DNA of 12,570 bases from Zygophlyctis sp. KS116 (lineage: Eukaryota > Fungi > Chytridiomycota), in the NCBI GenBank assembly GCA_054661495.1, contig BAAFSQ010000289.1, forward strand, positions 1 through 12,570, given 5' to 3'. Positions 8,630 to 12,570 of this stretch are shown here, one piece after another. Under the pieces are notes generated by a model. That model was given only the letters and a program-made list of their open reading frames with translations. It searched no databases and had not been told where the DNA came from. The translations under genes and the position numbers were made by a program. Positions within the stretch are counted from its first letter, which is position 1; every line of letters begins with the position of its first letter.

Positions 8630-9860
8630 AACCTGAATGTCATAAAAGAGGATCGCATCATACACATTCTTTAGCCAAATTGTATGACATGCCCAGTCTA
8701 ATCGATAAATCTCAGTTAGTAGATTACTGTGATAGCAAAATAACGGCAACAGTTCCTATAAAAAATAAAGGAGATGTAAGATTGGCATATGATTACGTTA
8801 TCCCAGCTGGTGAATTAGATCACCATCCTTGTACTCGTAGATACTATCTCGAATCTACAGAACTGGAAACAAAACAAGATTTAACTGATGTAGTACTCTG
8901 TTGCCAGAAACATAGATGCGGAAGCTTTTGCGAGTGCAAGACAACGAAAAATAATTACACTGCCCCAACGTGTAGATTTGAAGCACCATGGACTTATGAT
9001 ATTTACCAGTATCCAGACCCCGATGGACGGCCGCCAGATATTTTTGCTAAACAAACTGAAGGTGAAGATCAGGATTCAGGGATAGTATTCATACCTGGAA
9101 GAAATCACGCTCATATATCTAATTACACCTTGGGCATCCTTGTTATGGCGCGCAAATAATAATACACAAGCTGTGTTTTTGTATGATGCTGTAACCAGAT
9201 ATTTAGTTAAATATGTAACTAAGGAGATCTCAATTCGAAACAGCTACATTTAATTTTAGCTAATGCATAACAAAAAACAGTGTTTTCTGGAAAAGATGCT
9301 ATAAAGAAAAAGTTGATGCGCTTGGTAATATCGATCAATAATGAACGCGAAATATCAAAACAAGATGCAATATGTAATATTTATGGAATTGATTTAAGAT
9401 ACATATCGATGAAGGTAATTCAAAGCTTATGACTCTAGTATAAAGAAGTTTATGTTACGAATGGAAAGCCGACTGTTGAACTCAAAAGAAATTCCGACAA
9501 AAATGGGAAAACCTCTTTAGTTACAGCATCTGTAATGTGAGAAGATTATCCTTATCGATCAGAAAACTTGGAAAATATATCAGTGTTTCAGTATATCGAA
9601 AATTTTTGGTTAGGACGCCTAAATACTGGCATATCCAAAGGACTTCAGGGATATAAGTACTAAACATCGCGAATGTATGTTGCACACGTCTTACTTGTTA
9701 AGCAAACTCATGTTCGTAACAATTTACTTTACCATAGATTTTCAGAAGATTCAGTGCCGTGGAAGGAACAAATGGTCCTCGCATTTTTGCCTTGTCGATA
9801 TGTAACAGATTCGGATGAAAAAAGATTATGCTTTTGGGAATCATTTATCAGATATTGATA
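8630..9860 (+). pseudogene. Helitron Rep HUH-Y2 endonuclease core and downstream conserved region
   Basis: ECHKRGSHHTH (8635-8667), DSKITATVP, CQKHRCGSFC, CRFEAPW, RNHAHISNY. After a frameshift near 9140: LWRANNNTQ...YLVKYVTK (9200-9223), NEREISKQDAICNIYGIDL, EDYPYRSENLENISVFQY, QMVLAFLPCR. Confidence 0.88.
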
Positions 9861-10184
9861 TGTCAGAAGATTTTGTTAACTTTTTATATAACCTTTTATT
9901 AGGTAAAAGCTCACCGCATTTTGATAGATATTTTGAACAAATTCAAAAAGAAATCAATTATTTCGGTGAACAAAATATCAACTGGTACTGAAATACTGAT
10001 AAGCGAGAATAGTATTATCTCAGAAAAAGATATGATGGAAACAACCGTATACCACCAAGAAGCAGATCAATATAGAGCCTTAGATCCATTTGAAATTTTT
10101 CAAGCTCTTAACGATGAACAAAGTTAGGATTGGAAAACAATTGCGGATGTCAATTTTTGCGATGATGTAGCTTCTAAATGTGGA

Positions 10185-10691
10185 ATGTTTGATATTCAAA
10201 AGTTACCTACGTATTTCATAGATCCCTTAGGTGATTTACAAATTGCTGACGAAATGTATGAAAAATATACAGTTTGGGAATCTTCTGAAAATCTTAACCA
10301 ATTACAAATAATGCTAGATTATGAATTGGAATTGTCTAATAATCCTGAACAGAAATTTGTTCATGAAATATTCAAGAATGCTACAGAAAACGGGAAAATT
10401 ATTAATTTAATAGTAACTGCACCAGCGGTGACTGGAAAATCAAAAGTACTGAATTCTTGCCGTGAATTAACTAATTCTATAGAGGAGACTGGCAATTTAT
10501 TAGTTGGTGCTTATACAAGAAAGCTGCATCAAACGTCAATGGGGAATTAATCTGTAAAATACCTAATCTTACTTCTTCGAGCTATAGAAGAAAGAAAGGA
10601 TGGTAATTTAAACATTTCGAAAAAAATGGAAATCAATCTTAAGCGAGACAATTCAAATCTCAAATGTTTATTTGTTGATGAATACGCCATG
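10185..10691 (+). pseudogene. PIF1-like SF1B helicase N-terminal fragment of the RepHel protein
   Basis: NPEQK, degenerate Walker A LIVTAPAVTGKS (core at 10416-10442), AYT/KAASNVNG across a frameshift (motif Ia) and Walker B LKCLFVDEYAM (core at 10671-10691). The later motifs are absent. Confidence 0.85.
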
Positions 10692-12570
10692 CGATGTACA
10701 ATTTATATTAAACGTATGATACAAACAATGAAATTTACGATCATTTAAATAACCCATTTACGATTAACGGAACTCAAAAATGCAATTGAATCTTTACCAA
10801 AAAAAGGCCCCAGGCTCCCAAATGAATTAATAAAATTACTAGATTTTGAAAACATGAACAACATTAAATCAGATGCACACAGAGCCACAATTTTCATCTC
10901 GTCTGAATGAGGTCAATGTAAATTCTATCAATAGGACAATACGAGTTGTTACACCAATAGGCAAAACGAGAACTATTAATATGTAATTACAAAAACAATT
11001 AAAATCCCAGTTCTAGCTTATGCAGATGATATTCATCCTATATCGGAAAGTAAAGAGATATTACAATTAATGATTGATAAAATCACTAGCTTTCTAAAAA
11101 AACACTCAATGAATTTTCAAACAGAAAAATACAAAATTATACATTCAAATTAGGCAACGATCACTTACAATCGATAGAACCTGCAATTTTAGTTCGAATT
11201 TCAGGTGTTCATTTGTCAATGGATGGAAATTACAAATTGACTCTAGAAAAAATCAGCAAGGATTCTGAGAAACATTTACAAGTACTAAAGAACAAATACA
11301 TACCAGGCCACATATAATCATTTTAATCATTCAACAATATTTATATAAACTGCAATTCACCCCAGTTAAAGACTCCTTTTTAGATAAAAGCAAAAGATTT
11401 GGGATCGGGTTATCATCTCTCAAGGAAAAATTCTTGAATCAATTAATTTCAGACGTCTTTATATCCGTTAGAAGTGGTGGTATATGTGGACAAGTGCTCC
11501 TAGCTACGTTGGAAAAGTTACGTGCTGTAAACAGCAAATGTCCGCTTTCATTAACATACCGACCTATCAATTGTAAGAAGGGCACTCTCAAAACTATGAA
11601 TAATTATCTAAACTTATCTATCTCAAATAACCAAGAATCCAAGATTGAAAACATACTAAAAAAGATACCTGAAGCAGAATACATATCCGAGAAGAAAATA
11701 TTATTTAATCTAAAATTAAATCAACATTCATTCAAGCGGCCCTCTAATAATTGTAAAAATCTCTCATTTCAAGAATTTATCAACCGTAACAAACAGATTT
11801 TCATACAAAAAATATATGATCAAGTTCCTGAATGGTGGATCAAACTAACCTACAGGAATTTCGCAAAGTTGACCAATGTCAAGACTTAACTCAAGCCTTT
11901 GACATGATTACAGAAAGAATACATCTTGACCCAACAATGTAATCAAAACTAGTTCCAACACTGAAAAACATCGAATTCTGGGCAGATGGCAGTTTACAGA
12001 AACAAGAAACTTTCGATAATCATAAAATGGAAGCAGCAGTTACCTTTTGGCACAATGATATAAAAATATAGATAAGAATCAACATAGATTCCAGTAATCC
12101 ATCTTCTACAAAAACAGAATTGATAGGGGTCCTTGTTGCAAGAAGAAGATGTTCCAATCTTTCGAAAGGAAAACAAACAAAAACTCAAATATTTTTATCT
12201 TAAAAATCAAATCATAAATGAATATCCTAATTCTTATTTTAAGAAAATGCAACAAGATAACTTAAAAGAATTTAATAACAGTTATATGTTGGAAAAACGA
12301 ACCGAGCTAATAAAACAAAGAATAGACTCTACAATTGCTATCATTCATTCTGGTCTTAACAAAGAAAATATATTAGATGCATCAAATGCAAAGGAATAAA
12401 GTTTTAGATTACAATTATTTACGAAAAACTGCCCACTTTGGACAAGATATTTAAATGGAATGGAACTACAATATATACCAAAGATAAGTTATGCCCACGA
12501 TGTAACAAAGAAGAAGAAACTTTAAATCATGTATTCATATGCTCGTCTAATAAACAGAAGGTGAAAACCA
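10692..12570 (+). mobile_element. Degenerate non-LTR retrotransposon (LINE) ORF2 with RT, RNase H-like and CCHC regions; lacks the 5' part, is internally deleted and runs off the window
   Basis: TELKNAIESLPK/KAPG/LPNELIKLL (~10765-10845), RTIRVVTPIGKT, IPVLAYADDI (YADD at 11019-11030), LQLMIDKITSFL, VRISGVHLS, RSGGI, IEFWADGS (11970-11993), NPSSTKTELIGVL (from 12096), KLPTLD, CPRCNKEEETLNHVFIC (12492-12542). Confidence 0.88.

Larger units (their letters stand above)
3450..10691 (+). mobile_element. Degenerate Helitron-like rolling-circle transposon (RepHel), interrupted by copia and truncated by a LINE; termini not identified
   Basis: Collinear RepHel motifs on both sides of the copia insertion: DUF6570-like region, CLPHLFYKG, HUH ECHKRGSHHTH, QKH..C..CRFEAP, WRANNNTQ, YLVKYVTK, REISKQDA, DYPYRSENLE, LAFLPCR, then PIF1-like Walker A and Walker B. 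Confidence 0.88.

Noticed and set aside
8600-8700. 3' LTR, PPT or target-site duplication (TGACC) for the copia
   Set aside because: None was found; Helitron Rep sequence follows directly.
5820-10127. Alternative genetic code explaining the in-frame stops
   Set aside because: The stops are of mixed type (TGA, TAA, TAG), replace different residues and co-occur with many frameshifts, so ordinary decay explains them.
667-12188. Short antisense or alternate-frame ORFs (667-900, 3562-3756, 4928-5140, 5636-5857, 6245-6451, 6337-6558, 6991-7206, 7486-7671, 7668-7952, 11994-12188)
   Set aside because: They are shadows of recognisable + strand coding sequence and have no motifs of their own.
3450-12570. 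A single novel element natively encoding Rep, helicase and RT
   Set aside because: The junctions truncate domains mid-fold, carry LTR or repair-scar signatures, and the parts differ in degree of decay. Nesting is the simpler explanation unless the junctions prove to be multi-copy.

Overview
AT-rich eukaryotic DNA (probably fungal or protist; inferred from the element types only) that is mostly a nest of decayed transposons, all on the + strand. A Helitron-like rolling-circle element (DUF6570-like N-terminus, HUH-Y2 Rep, PIF1-like helicase; ~3450-10691) is interrupted by a Ty1/copia LTR retrotransposon (4666-~8621: short 5' LTR, PBS, gag-PR-IN-RT-RNaseH, no 3' LTR) and is cut off just after helicase Walker B by a deleted LINE ORF2 (RT, RNase H-like, CCHC; ~10692 to the window end). 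The left end holds a degraded PIN-domain nuclease ORF (530-1264) and unassigned minus-strand coding remnants (~1458-3390). No element is intact. The best novelty candidate is the copia primer-binding site, which is complementary to the anticodon arm of tRNA-Asn(GUU) and so implies priming by a 5' half-tRNA-Asn. Next is a multi-template copia/Helitron junction that yields an in-frame chimeric ORF. All domain calls come from motifs read by eye, with no database searches.
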